Source of the DNA: Candidatus Saccharimonadota bacterium
GTDB taxonomy: Bacteria > Patescibacteriota > Saccharimonadia > Saccharimonadales > Saccharimonadaceae
NCBI GenBank assembly: GCA_039920285.1
Contig: JBDSDX010000001.1
Location: forward strand, 420,001-452,000
Reading direction: 5' to 3'
DNA: 32,000 nucleotides
A program made the translations under genes and the position numbers. The notes under the pieces are model-generated. The model did no database searches. It had not been told where the DNA came from and saw only the letters and a program-made list of their open reading frames with translations. This document shows, piece by piece, positions 11,447 through 20,002 of this stretch (the first letter of the stretch is position 1; each line of letters begins with the position of its first letter).

Positions 11447-12982
11447 ATGAATATGAATGTGGTCCGTAACCGAGCACCTCAACAATACCGCGGTTTTACT
11501 ATCGTCGAGTTGTTAATAGTTATCGTAGTTATTGGAATCCTAGCTACGATTGCGGTAGTTGGTTATAACGGTGTATCACAACGAGCGACTGTCGCTTTGT
11601 TGCAGTCGGAGCTTAACGGAGCTTCGAAGCGTTTGAAGATAGATCAAGTAGAAAGCGGCGCATACCCAGCAACAACAGCCGCTGCAAATAATGGAGTTGG
11701 ACTCAGTGTAACCTCAGGAATAACGTACCAGTACACGGTCGATAACATGGTGAGTCCTCAAACATTTTGCCTTACCGCAACGATAGGTACTGTGGCGTAT
11801 TACATAACTAATAATAATAGTATTCCGATATCTGGGGTGTGTCCGGGACATATTGCTCCGGGTGCACCTTCTTGGCAGGCCTTGTCTCTGGGTGATAATC
11901 ACTCATGCGGTATTGTCAGTAGCAAGGCTTACTGTTGGGGGCGTAATAATTTAGCAAGCGTTAGTCAATTAGGAAATGGAAATACCACCAACACTAAAAT
12001 TCCTGTACCAGTAAGCACAAGCGGTGTTCTCTCTGGAAAAAGTGTCACAGCAATTGACGCAGGGAGTGCACATACCTGTGTTATTGCGGGAGGTGATCCT
12101 TACTGTTGGGGTATTGGTTCGAGTGGACAGCTAGGCCAAGGTGCGTCATCGAGTTCATCTGTGCCAGTCGCTGTGACGGTGAGCGGTGTATTGAGTGGAA
12201 AACAAGTGACAGCGCTAACTGCTGGAGGTAACCATACCTGTGCAATCGCAAGTGGCGCGCTCTATTGTTGGGGCTTTAATTCTTCAGGTCAACTTGGCGA
12301 CGGGTCGACAACCACGCGGAATGCTCCAGTAGCAGTCAGTGTTGCCGGTGTACTTGCGGGTAAAACTGTAACTGCCGTCTCGGCTGGGACTGACGGTACC
12401 TGTGCAATCGCAAGTGGCGCGCTTTATTGCTGGGGGTCGGCTGCCCAGGGTCAAAATGGTGACGGCACTACTGTTGATTCATTATTGCCAGTAGCTGTAG
12501 ATACTTCGGGTGCGCTGTCTGGCAAAGTACCAACGGATGTTGCTCGAGGAAATTACCATGCTTGCGCCGTTGCAAGTGGTTCGGCGTATTGTTGGGGTTC
12601 GAATACGAATGGCGCGCTCGGTGTCGGATTTAGCCCAGGCGCCAACCCTGTAGCAGTATCGACTGCTGGTGTACTTGCAGGCAAAACCGTACAAACGATT
12701 ACTACCGGCCTGTATAGTACTTGTGCGGTAGCCGATGGTGTCGCGTATTGCTGGGGGTCATCGACTGGTGACGGTACGACAAATAACGCCTTTGCTCCAG
12801 TTGCTGTCAGTACTGCTACGGGACTTGCTGGCAAGACGGTCAGCCTAGCTTCAAAAGGCACATCACACACCTGTTTAATGGCAGGTACGGAAATTTATTG
12901 TTGGGGAGCTGCTGTTTATGGGCAGCTTGGAGATAATGCGACTATAACTCGACTCGAACCTTCACTGGTTACAAACCCTTAG
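11447..12982 (+). CDS. Type IV prepilin-like N-terminus fused to a 7-repeat RCC1-like beta-propeller
   Basis: Leader MNMNVVRNRAPQQYRG followed by FTIVELLIVIVVIGILATIAVVGY (G-1, F+1, E+5 prepilin peptidase/methylation motif). Then seven repeats, each with the motif (A/L/P/I)YCWG and a following (S/N)xGQLGDG-like turn. The GTG at 11345 is rejected because it would read through the terminator at 11377-11403. Confidence 0.8.
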   Translation: MNMNVVRNRAPQQYRGFTIVELLIVIVVIGILATIAVVGYNGVSQRATVALLQSELNGASKRLKIDQVESGAYPATTAAANNGVGLSVTSGITYQYTVDNMVSPQTFCLTATIGTVAYYITNNNSIPISGVCPGHIAPGAPSWQALSLGDNHSCGIVSSKAYCWGRNNLASVSQLGNGNTTNTKIPVPVSTSGVLSGKSVTAIDAGSAHTCVIAGGDPYCWGIGSSGQLGQGASSSSSVPVAVTVSGVLSGKQVTALTAGGNHTCAIASGALYCWGFNSSGQLGDGSTTTRNAPVAVSVAGVLAGKTVTAVSAGTDGTCAIASGALYCWGSAAQGQNGDGTTVDSLLPVAVDTSGALSGKVPTDVARGNYHACAVASGSAYCWGSNTNGALGVGFSPGANPVAVSTAGVLAGKTVQTITTGLYSTCAVADGVAYCWGSSTGDGTTNNAFAPVAVSTATGLAGKTVSLASKGTSHTCLMAGTEIYCWGAAVYGQLGDNATITRLEPSLVTNP

Positions 12983-13007
12983 CTAACCTGATATAGTGGT
13001 AGACGTT

Positions 13008-15881
13008 ATGCAGCGTTACAATCCTTCTGAAATAGAACCAAAATGGCAGCAAATCTGGGAAGACCAGAAGGCTAATGAGGTAAAAGAAGACCCGACAAAA
13101 GTGAAAACATATGTCGCGGGTATGTTCCCGTATCCAAGTGGTGCTGGTATGCACACAGGACACGCCTTCAGCTACTCAATTGTTGATGCTATCGCTCGCT
13201 TCAACCGCCAACATGGCCATAATGTTTTAAACCCAATGGGCTGGGATACGTTTGGACTCCCGGCTGAAAACTATGCTATTAAAACAGGGACTGCACCAGC
13301 AAAAGTCACGGCTGAAAATATTGCTAACTTTAAAAAGCAATTCAAACGCATGGGTGTCAGTATTGACTGGTCACGTGAGATTAACACGAGTGATCCGGAG
13401 TATTACAAATGGACCCAATGGGTCTTTACGAAATTATTTGAACGGGGCCTTGCCTATCAAAAAGAGTCATTACAGTGGTGGTGTCCTGTCGATAAAACTG
13501 TCCTTGCCAACGAACAAGTAGAGGGCGGTCACTGTTGGCGCTGTGGTAGTTTAGTTGAAAAGAAATCTATGAAACAGTGGTTTTTTAAGATTACTGAGTA
13601 CGCTGATGCGCTTCTCGATGAAATTGAAGACCTTGATTGGCCACAAAAGATTAAAACCGCGCAAACGAACTGGATTGGTAAGTCTGTCGGTGCTGAAATT
13701 GAATTCAAAGTTGATGAGCGCCAAGATATTATTACCGTCTTTACGACCCGTCCTGATACTATTTTCGGTGCGTCATTCTTGGTTATCGCTCCCGAACATT
13801 CACTTGCAAAAGAGTTAGGCGTCGGTGAGTTTAAACAAGCGACGGCTGACTATATTAATAAGGCAGTCAAAAAATCCGAAATTGACCGGACGAATGATAC
13901 CAAAGAAAAAACAGGTGTCTTTACAGGAAGTTATGCAATCAACCCAGCAAATGGCGAAAAAGTGCCAATCTGGGTGGCTGATTATGTCCTTGGTGGGTAC
14001 GGTACGGGTGCGATTATGGCGGTTCCGGCTCACGACGAGCGTGATAACGCTTTCGCTGAAAAATATCGTTTACCAATTATTCAAGTTGTGACTCCAGCAA
14101 TTTTAGATCAAGATAATCCTCCAATAGAAGGTAAAGAAGATACCGATCGTGATGTCGTCATGTGTTTGATTAAGCACCCGACCGACGATACGTATCTCAC
14201 ACTTCGTTGGACCGATTTCCCGTGGCACAATTTTGTTATGGGTGGCATCGAACGTGATGAAGACGTCGAAAAAGCAGCGCTTCGTGAGATTCAGGAAGAG
14301 ACTGGATTTACCGACCTTGAGCTCGTTGATCGTCTTCCAGTTGAGATTAACAGCAAATTCTATGCTGCCCACAAAGACGTTAATCGTAATATCTTTACAA
14401 AAGTCCTCCTCTTCCAGATGAAGAGTCTTACCCAAGGCGACACGAATCGTGAAGAACACGAGAAATTTGACGTCGAATGGACTCCTGCAGATGAGCTTCC
14501 TGAGCTGAAACCTGTTTCTGAGCTCCCTCACATTCTTCGTTGGCTTGGTGGTGAAAAAATGATGCACGCTGGGGAAGGTACACTCGTTAATTCTGGCATT
14601 TTTAGCGGTAAGACAACTGATCAAGCTCGTGAAGAAATTGTTGCTTGGCTTGAAGATAAGAAACTTGGTCACGCCAAGACAACCTATCGTATGCGTGATT
14701 GGCTGATTAGTCGTCAACGATACTGGGGTGCACCAATTCCTATTATTTATTGTCCTGATCATGGTGCTGTCGCGGTCCCTGAAGATCAACTTCCTGTCAT
14801 TTTACCCGAAATCGAAGACTACGCACCAAAAGGCGATGGTCTATCAGCACTTGCCAAAGCTGATGATTGGGTGAATACGACATGCCCAGACTGTGGCAAG
14901 CCCGCGAAACGCGAAACGGATACGATGGATGGCTACGCTTGTAGTAGTTGGTACTTGCTTCGATACGCTGATCCGCACAATGCTGAGCGTGCCTGGGACC
15001 CTGAAACGGTCAATTACTGGAACCCACTTGATTATTATGTTGGTGGTGATCACGCAGTTGCTCACTTGTTGTACGTCCGGTTCTGGACACATGTCTTCTA
15101 TGACATGAAGCTCGTGAACTTCAAAGAACCAGTCAAAAAACTGATTTATCACGGCTATATTAATGCTGAAGATGGCCGAAAGATGAGCAAGAGTCTTGGT
15201 AATGTTACCGATCCACTCGACGTTATTGATCAAGGCTACGGTGCTGATGCGCTCCGCACGTACATGCTCTTTATGGGTCCTATTGAAATGGATGCTGCTT
15301 GGAGCTCAAAAGGGATCGCGGGTGTCTTCCGTTTCCTTGGCCGTATTTGGACGTTGTCTCAACAGTGTCTTGAGGCTGATAAGACCGAGACAAAGAATGA
15401 CCAAGCGATTCGAGTTATTCAACACAAAACGATCCGTAAAGTAACAGATGACTTCCGTCGTCTGAGTTTTAATACCGCGATTTCTGCCATGATGGAATAT
15501 ACCAATGAACTATACAAGTTTAAGATTGACGGTTTTTCAGAAGATGTCTGGCACGAAGCATTGACGACATTATTCCAACTGATTGCACCATTTGCTCCGC
15601 ATATGGCTGATGAACTTTGGAATCAATATGGTAATGACGGGTTGATTCAAAATACACCGTGGCCTGTATGGGACGATGCATTGATTGTTGAAGAAGTGAT
15701 CACTATTGCAGTCCAAGTGAATGGAAAACTCCGTGGTGAGATTTCAGTTGCGAAGGATCTTGATGCTGAGGAAATTAAGTCCCAAGCGTTAGCACACGAA
15801 AATGTCGCTAAATTTGTTGGCGACAAAAAACCAGCCAAGGTGATTTATGTCCTTGGCCGGCTTGTAAATATTGTCGTTTAG
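13008..15881 (+). CDS. leuS: Leucyl-tRNA synthetase with an inserted Nudix domain in the CP1/editing region
   Basis: Collinear with bacterial LeuS, including the CWRC zinc knuckle and the editing segment TTRPDT. HIGH-type motif (PYPSGAGMHTGH) and KMSKS are both present. It carries about 160 extra aa (nt 14091-14570). ATG 13008 is preferred over GTG 12996. Confidence 0.95.
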   Translation: MQRYNPSEIEPKWQQIWEDQKANEVKEDPTKVKTYVAGMFPYPSGAGMHTGHAFSYSIVDAIARFNRQHGHNVLNPMGWDTFGLPAENYAIKTGTAPAKVTAENIANFKKQFKRMGVSIDWSREINTSDPEYYKWTQWVFTKLFERGLAYQKESLQWWCPVDKTVLANEQVEGGHCWRCGSLVEKKSMKQWFFKITEYADALLDEIEDLDWPQKIKTAQTNWIGKSVGAEIEFKVDERQDIITVFTTRPDTIFGASFLVIAPEHSLAKELGVGEFKQATADYINKAVKKSEIDRTNDTKEKTGVFTGSYAINPANGEKVPIWVADYVLGGYGTGAIMAVPAHDERDNAFAEKYRLPIIQVVTPAILDQDNPPIEGKEDTDRDVVMCLIKHPTDDTYLTLRWTDFPWHNFVMGGIERDEDVEKAALREIQEETGFTDLELVDRLPVEINSKFYAAHKDVNRNIFTKVLLFQMKSLTQGDTNREEHEKFDVEWTPADELPELKPVSELPHILRWLGGEKMMHAGEGTLVNSGIFSGKTTDQAREEIVAWLEDKKLGHAKTTYRMRDWLISRQRYWGAPIPIIYCPDHGAVAVPEDQLPVILPEIEDYAPKGDGLSALAKADDWVNTTCPDCGKPAKRETDTMDGYACSSWYLLRYADPHNAERAWDPETVNYWNPLDYYVGGDHAVAHLLYVRFWTHVFYDMKLVNFKEPVKKLIYHGYINAEDGRKMSKSLGNVTDPLDVIDQGYGADALRTYMLFMGPIEMDAAWSSKGIAGVFRFLGRIWTLSQQCLEADKTETKNDQAIRVIQHKTIRKVTDDFRRLSFNTAISAMMEYTNELYKFKIDGFSEDVWHEALTTLFQLIAPFAPHMADELWNQYGNDGLIQNTPWPVWDDALIVEEVITIAVQVNGKLRGEISVAKDLDAEEIKSQALAHENVAKFVGDKKPAKVIYVLGRLVNIVV

Positions 15882-16520
15882 CTATTTATGCGCGTCTTCA
15901 ACACTTTGAATACTTGAGACATTCTGTTCATTTGTCCAAACGATACCATCGGCATCATCTTTTAGCTGCTGTATCTGCGCATCATCGAGCTCACCGCCAA
16001 AGGTATCGCGTACCCAGTCAGTACTCACTCCATACCAACGACCATTGTTGAACTCGTCAAACACATACGTTTGGCTTTCTCCCACAATTGTCCCTGCGGA
16101 CGGTGCTTCCAGAACGCCGTTGTAGTCTTCACCATCCTTAACGTGAGGACCTTCACGAAACGTTGCCCCCTCAACCACAGAAATTGAAAAGATATTTTTA
16201 TCAATTTCAGCACCATTGGGGATTTTATTACCATTGTCATCAAGCGCATTAAGACCTGCATTTGCACCGAGAACAAGGGAAGTGCCCACACCGAGAGCGA
16301 GGAGCCCTTTTCCTGCACGTTTAATCATTTTTCCACGACGCTGACGAGCGGCAAGGATTTGAGAGCGCTCATCATCAGATTCGTAGACTTGATCTTCACC
16401 TAGTTTTCGGGCAGTTTCCGAGATATTGCCTAATGAGAGTGCCTCGTCAATGTCCGACTCTGTCTGTGGGCTAAATGTATCTTTGTCGACGGGTGCTTCT
16501 GTGTTTATGTTATTGCTCAT
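15882..16520 (-). CDS. Hypothetical single-pass membrane protein (acidic N-terminus, TM helix, extracellular domain)
   Basis: 212-aa ORF with TM helix GLLALGVGTSLVLGANAGL. Its stop codon abuts the leuS stop (TAGCTA). No family recognised. Confidence 0.55.
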   Translation of the reverse strand: MSNNINTEAPVDKDTFSPQTESDIDEALSLGNISETARKLGEDQVYESDDERSQILAARQRRGKMIKRAGKGLLALGVGTSLVLGANAGLNALDDNGNKIPNGAEIDKNIFSISVVEGATFREGPHVKDGEDYNGVLEAPSAGTIVGESQTYVFDEFNNGRWYGVSTDWVRDTFGGELDDAQIQQLKDDADGIVWTNEQNVSSIQSVEDAHK

Positions 16521-16562
16521 GTTAGCTCTACAATATCATAAACCTCGAATAAGCATAACCAC

Positions 16563-16591
16563 TTGAGTACTGAGAGAGGAAATAGTATAAT
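16563..16591 (+). promoter_or_regulatory. Sigma70-like promoter TTGAGT-17 nt-TATAAT upstream of rpmF
   Basis: Hexamers and the 17-nt spacer were counted directly. It lies 43 nt upstream of the rpmF ATG. Confidence 0.5.
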
Positions 16592-16633
16592 AACGACAAG
16601 TGTTAATAACCACCTATAAAAGGAGTACTTTCA

Positions 16634-16783
16634 ATGGGACAACCAAAAAAGCAAAGTAGCCCCCGTAAAACCGGGCTACGTCGCAGTCACCTGCGTCTAC
16701 TTTTGGCACGTCGTGTGAATGGTAAATCACCAGTCAAAGCACGCGCCACTCGTAAAGAAACCGGCAAAGCACTCGCAAAATAG
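16634..16783 (+). CDS. rpmF: 50S ribosomal protein L32 (49 aa; below the ORF-track size cutoff)
   Basis: AAGGAG SD 9 nt upstream. MGQPKKQSSPRKTGLRRSHLRL fits the bL32 N-terminal pattern (PKxKxSxxRxxxRRSH). Confidence 0.75.
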   Translation: MGQPKKQSSPRKTGLRRSHLRLLLARRVNGKSPVKARATRKETGKALAK

Positions 16784-16838
16784 TGCTTGCTTCAATATAA
16801 AGAACCTTACATTACAATAAAAAGAGAACTAACGCATT

Positions 16839-17300
16839 ATGGCATCTAATCGTCATCTCGGTCGCATCGTCGCTTTACAGACACTCTATGAGTTCGAGTT
16901 TCGAACCCAGTCTGAAGACCCTACTGTTGACGTCAAGGAAATCCTTGCACGTAACTTAGCGCGTTATGAAGAAGCTATTGATGATACTGACTTCGTTTCA
17001 GCCCTCGTTGACGGGGTGCTGAAGGAACAAGCCGATATTGACATTAAGATTCAACCAATTGCGCCTGACTGGCCAATTGAACAGATTGCTCGCGTCGATC
17101 GTACGATTCTTCGTATCGGCGTCTATGAACTGCTCCATCAAGGTAAGGTCGTCCCACCTAAGGTGGCGATTAACGAAGCAGTCGAGCTTGCTAAAGCGTT
17201 TGGTTCGGATAACTCGAGTAAGTTTGTGAACGGTGTGCTGGGAACAGCGTACCGCACGCTTGTAGAGGGAGCCGAAGATGGCACCAGCACCACAGTTTGA
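16839..17300 (+). CDS. nusB: Transcription antitermination factor NusB
   Basis: RHLGRIVALQTLYEFEF...RVDRTILRIGVYELL...PPKVAINEAVELAKAFGSDNSSKFVNGVLG are typical NusB blocks. Confidence 0.9.
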   Translation: MASNRHLGRIVALQTLYEFEFRTQSEDPTVDVKEILARNLARYEEAIDDTDFVSALVDGVLKEQADIDIKIQPIAPDWPIEQIARVDRTILRIGVYELLHQGKVVPPKVAINEAVELAKAFGSDNSSKFVNGVLGTAYRTLVEGAEDGTSTTV

Positions 17301-17778
17301 TAAATTCAAAAAATATTTCAACCGCAATAAACGACCATCCATTCAGGAAATTGTCCGCGAACCGACCGCAGGTGGAATTGTCTTTCGTCGTAATGACAAA
17401 GAAGAAATTGAATTTCTCTTAATTCAGGACCATAAAGATCGTTGGACAATTCCAAAAGGTCACATTGAAGAAGGTGAAACTGCTCAACAGGCTGCGAAAC
17501 GTGAGATTGGTGAAGAAGCCGGTCTTATGAATACCGAAATGCACGGTTGGCTTGGGAAAATCCATTTCCGATACCGACGTATCGACAAGTTGGTACTGAT
17601 TTCTCAACAGGTTTATCTGATGAAGGTGAAGACTGACGGCGAAGAAATTCAAAAAGAAGACTGGATGAACGGCATTAAGTGGTTCTCATTTTACGATGCG
17701 CTCGATGCGATCGAATATGAGGACATCGGTAAGCTGTTGATGTTGGGTATGAAGCGAATTAGGCAGGAGAAATTATAG
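17278..17778 (+). CDS. Nudix hydrolase (free-standing)
   Basis: Nudix box GHIEEGETAQQAAKREIGEEAGL (GX5EX7REUXEEXGU). GAGGGAG SD. Overlaps the nusB end by 23 nt and abuts rnc. Confidence 0.85.
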   Translation: MAPAPQFDKFKKYFNRNKRPSIQEIVREPTAGGIVFRRNDKEEIEFLLIQDHKDRWTIPKGHIEEGETAQQAAKREIGEEAGLMNTEMHGWLGKIHFRYRRIDKLVLISQQVYLMKVKTDGEEIQKEDWMNGIKWFSFYDALDAIEYEDIGKLLMLGMKRIRQEKL

Positions 17779-18491
17779 TGACGGGAATGCAAGTGGGTCC
17801 GTATCAAGATTTTGCACGCGAGACGTTGGGCTTTGAATTTAGTAACCTCGATTTACTGGTGACCGCTTTTACGCATCGTTCATATGTTAATGAACACCGC
17901 AAAAGCGTTCACGAGCACAACGAACGACTTGAGTTCCTCGGTGATGCCGTCCTTGAACTCGTTGTGACTGATTTCTTATTTAATAATTACGCAGAACCAG
18001 AAGGAATCTTGACGAGTTGGCGTGCGTCATTGGTTCGGACTGAAAGTATTGGTGAAGCGGGAAAGCTTCTTAACTACGAATCGTTGATTCGAATGAGTCG
18101 TGGTGAAAAACAAGGAGGCGACCGCGCTCGTCAACAAATCCTCGCCAATGCTTTCGAAGCACTTATCGGTGCAATCTATCTTGAGCGTGGATACGACGAT
18201 GCCGCGGTATTTATTCAAAAGAATATCTCAAGCAAACTCGATCACATCATTGCCGAAGGAAGCTGGCGTGATCCAAAGTCACATCTTCAAGAAGTCATGC
18301 AGCGTAAAGACAACGTCACGCCACGCTACGTGGTACTTGAAGAAGTCGGTCCTGATCACGACAAAGTATTTACCCTCGGAGTCTATTCAAACGATCGACT
18401 TGTCAGCAAAGGAACTGGTCCGAGTAAACAAGCTGCTCAGCAAGAAGCGGCGAAAGCAGCCTTGGCCTTCTACACTGACGGCGAAAAATAA
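17778..18491 (+). CDS. rnc: Ribonuclease III
   Basis: RNase III signature ERLEFLGDAVLE, and a C-terminal dsRBD (GPDHDKVFTLGV...GTGPSKQAAQQEAAKAAL). The GTG start overlaps the upstream stop (TAGTG); ATG 17787 is an alternative. Confidence 0.95.
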   Translation: MTGMQVGPYQDFARETLGFEFSNLDLLVTAFTHRSYVNEHRKSVHEHNERLEFLGDAVLELVVTDFLFNNYAEPEGILTSWRASLVRTESIGEAGKLLNYESLIRMSRGEKQGGDRARQQILANAFEALIGAIYLERGYDDAAVFIQKNISSKLDHIIAEGSWRDPKSHLQEVMQRKDNVTPRYVVLEEVGPDHDKVFTLGVYSNDRLVSKGTGPSKQAAQQEAAKAALAFYTDGEK

Positions 18492-18566
18492 CATCTCTGT
18501 CGATTGACAAGATCGTACTCAACTTGCACACTAGACACAAGCAATATATAAAAGAAAGTTACCATT

Positions 18567-19352
18567 ATGCCACCGAGCAATAATCCTGACCCTACACAGC
18601 AAACACCTACTCCGACCCCCGAGGTGACACCGCCTGCACCAATTATTTCGTCACAACCGATGACACCTGGTGTTCCACTCGTTGCGAATAAGCCATCACA
18701 TATGAAATTAATACTTATTATCATTATCGCTGTGCTCATTTTGGCAGGCATTGCTGTCGGTCTCTTCTTGATGCTCGGTAGTAATAGTAAGACTGGTTCA
18801 AAATCAGTCATCGATAAGGCAGTTGCAACCGTGACTGCAGGTAAAGATGTCAGCGATCGTTCTGACGGCACTCTTGATGTTAGCTCGAATACGGTCGATG
18901 GAAACAAAGGCATCGCCGATCAGACATTGACCGCAAAACTGAATCAACAGGTGAATCTTAAGAATGGCCTGAGCTTGATGATTACGAAAGTTGAACGCAA
19001 CTTCACTGGATTTGATGCAAAATACTTGAGCGTTAAGTCTGACGAAGAAGTAGTTGCACTGACTTTGGTTGCTGGAAGCCGAAATACTTCAGGTAATGGT
19101 GTTCCTAACTCGGCTCTCACTTTGGTATCTCCAAGTAGCGCTAAAATTACTCCAGAATTTGTCTCAAGCCTCGCAAAAGTTGACGGTAAATTCGATAGCG
19201 GAAGCGGTATCGATCAGGGTAAACAAGTGAGTGGTCGCGTGCTCTATGTCGTCAAGAAGGACGAAGCTCCACTTACCTTCAAATACAGTGCACAGTACAA
19301 GAACTACACGACTGATGCAATTGTGACTATCGCAGCAACTATTAATCTTTAG
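18567..19352 (+). CDS. Hypothetical membrane-anchored extracellular protein (Pro/Thr-rich N-terminus, TM helix, possible DUF4352-like Ig-fold domain)
   Basis: TM helix LILIIIIAVLILAGIAVGLFLML. The C-terminal pattern (LMITKVERNF...GKQVSGRVLYVVKKDEAPLTFKY) resembles DUF4352, judged by eye. Confidence 0.55.
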   Translation: MPPSNNPDPTQQTPTPTPEVTPPAPIISSQPMTPGVPLVANKPSHMKLILIIIIAVLILAGIAVGLFLMLGSNSKTGSKSVIDKAVATVTAGKDVSDRSDGTLDVSSNTVDGNKGIADQTLTAKLNQQVNLKNGLSLMITKVERNFTGFDAKYLSVKSDEEVVALTLVAGSRNTSGNGVPNSALTLVSPSSAKITPEFVSSLAKVDGKFDSGSGIDQGKQVSGRVLYVVKKDEAPLTFKYSAQYKNYTTDAIVTIAATINL

Positions 19353-19370
19353 TAAACTACGGATAACAGA

Positions 19371-19399
19371 TTGACGTACACTTCAAAACAGTGTAGAAT
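19371..19399 (+). promoter_or_regulatory. Sigma70-like promoter TTGACG-17 nt-TAGAAT upstream of rpsP
   Basis: Hexamers and spacer were counted directly. rpsP has an SD AAAGGAAG. Confidence 0.5.
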
Positions 19400-19452
19400 T
19401 AACCGAGTAGTAAAAATATATTTAAAGAGTTAGTTAAAGGAAGTTTCATTTT

Positions 19453-19869
19453 ATGCTCGCAATTCGTTTGCAACGAGTCGGACGCGCAGGTTACGCAACC
19501 TACCGCTTAGTCGTCCAAGAGTCTCAACGCCATCCTTCTAGCGGCCGTGTCGTCGCTTATGTTGGTAGCTATAACCCACACACCAAAGAAGCCACTGTTC
19601 AAGTCGAGGCTATTCAGAAGTTCCTCGAGAACGGCGCACAACCAACACCTCGTGTGGTTAAACTTATGAAAGACGCAGGCGTCGTCCTTCCTAAATGGGT
19701 TATCGATCCATCAACAAGCAAAACGAAGACAATTCGTCACGCTGACAAGCTTCGTCGTAACCAACCAGCTCCTGAAGTTGAAGAAGTTGCTGAAGAAGTA
19801 GTTGCAGAGCCAGTCGCTGAAGCACCTGAAGAGCCTGTTACTGAAGCAGAACCTGAAACCAAAGAATAA
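19453..19869 (+). CDS. rpsP: 30S ribosomal protein S16 with an acidic Pro/Glu-rich C-terminal extension
   Basis: MLAIRLQRVGRAGYATYRLVVQESQRHPSSGRVVAYVGSYNP is canonical bS16. About 50 extra C-terminal residues (PEVEEVAEEVVAEPVAEAPEEPVTEAEPETKE). Confidence 0.95.
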   Translation: MLAIRLQRVGRAGYATYRLVVQESQRHPSSGRVVAYVGSYNPHTKEATVQVEAIQKFLENGAQPTPRVVKLMKDAGVVLPKWVIDPSTSKTKTIRHADKLRRNQPAPEVEEVAEEVVAEPVAEAPEEPVTEAEPETKE

Positions 19870-19891
19870 TCTTAGATTCTTTTCAAAAATA

Positions 19892-19921
19892 ATAATCCTC
19901 CAGTAATGGGGGATTATTTTA
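19892..19921 (+). terminator. Intrinsic terminator directly after rpsP
   Basis: ATAATCCTCC-agtaat-GGGGGATTAT followed by TTTT. Confidence 0.6.
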
Positions 19922-19940
19922 TATACAAAAGTGGGGGGGT

Positions 19941-19976
19941 GATCCCCGCTCGGCCCTGAGGCAGCGAGCGGGGATC
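19941..19976 (-). terminator. GC-rich 12-bp perfect hairpin downstream of the 63-aa minus-strand ORF (no U-tract)
   Basis: GATCCCCGCTCG-12 nt loop-CGAGCGGGGATC, 27 nt past the TGA at 20003-20005 on the minus strand. Confidence 0.45.
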
Positions 19977-20002
19977 GAACCGAGGGCCTCGACATGAGTC
20001 GA

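Noticed and set aside
14103-14789. 228-aa minus-strand ORF inside leuS. Similar long antisense or off-frame ORFs occur inside other genes: 2540-3046, 1801-2148, 4086-4499, 8700-9020, 12553-12870, 14844-15233, 18470-18913, 19711-20046, 21605-21934, 25568-25873, 26014-26316 and 27594-27956.
   Set aside because: They overlap genes with strong motif support on the other strand or frame. They have no SD or promoter and give low-complexity or odd translations, so they are shadow ORFs.
15879-15884. Stop codons of the convergent leuS and 15882-16520 genes form the palindrome TAGCTA with zero spacer.
   Set aside because: It is real but probably just genome compaction, with no further signal to follow. 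It is noted only because no terminator can fit between the genes.
19960-19990. GGGGATCGAACC string that looks like a minus-strand tRNA T arm.
   Set aside because: It is the 3' arm of the 12-bp hairpin. No T stem, anticodon arm or acceptor stem can be drawn.
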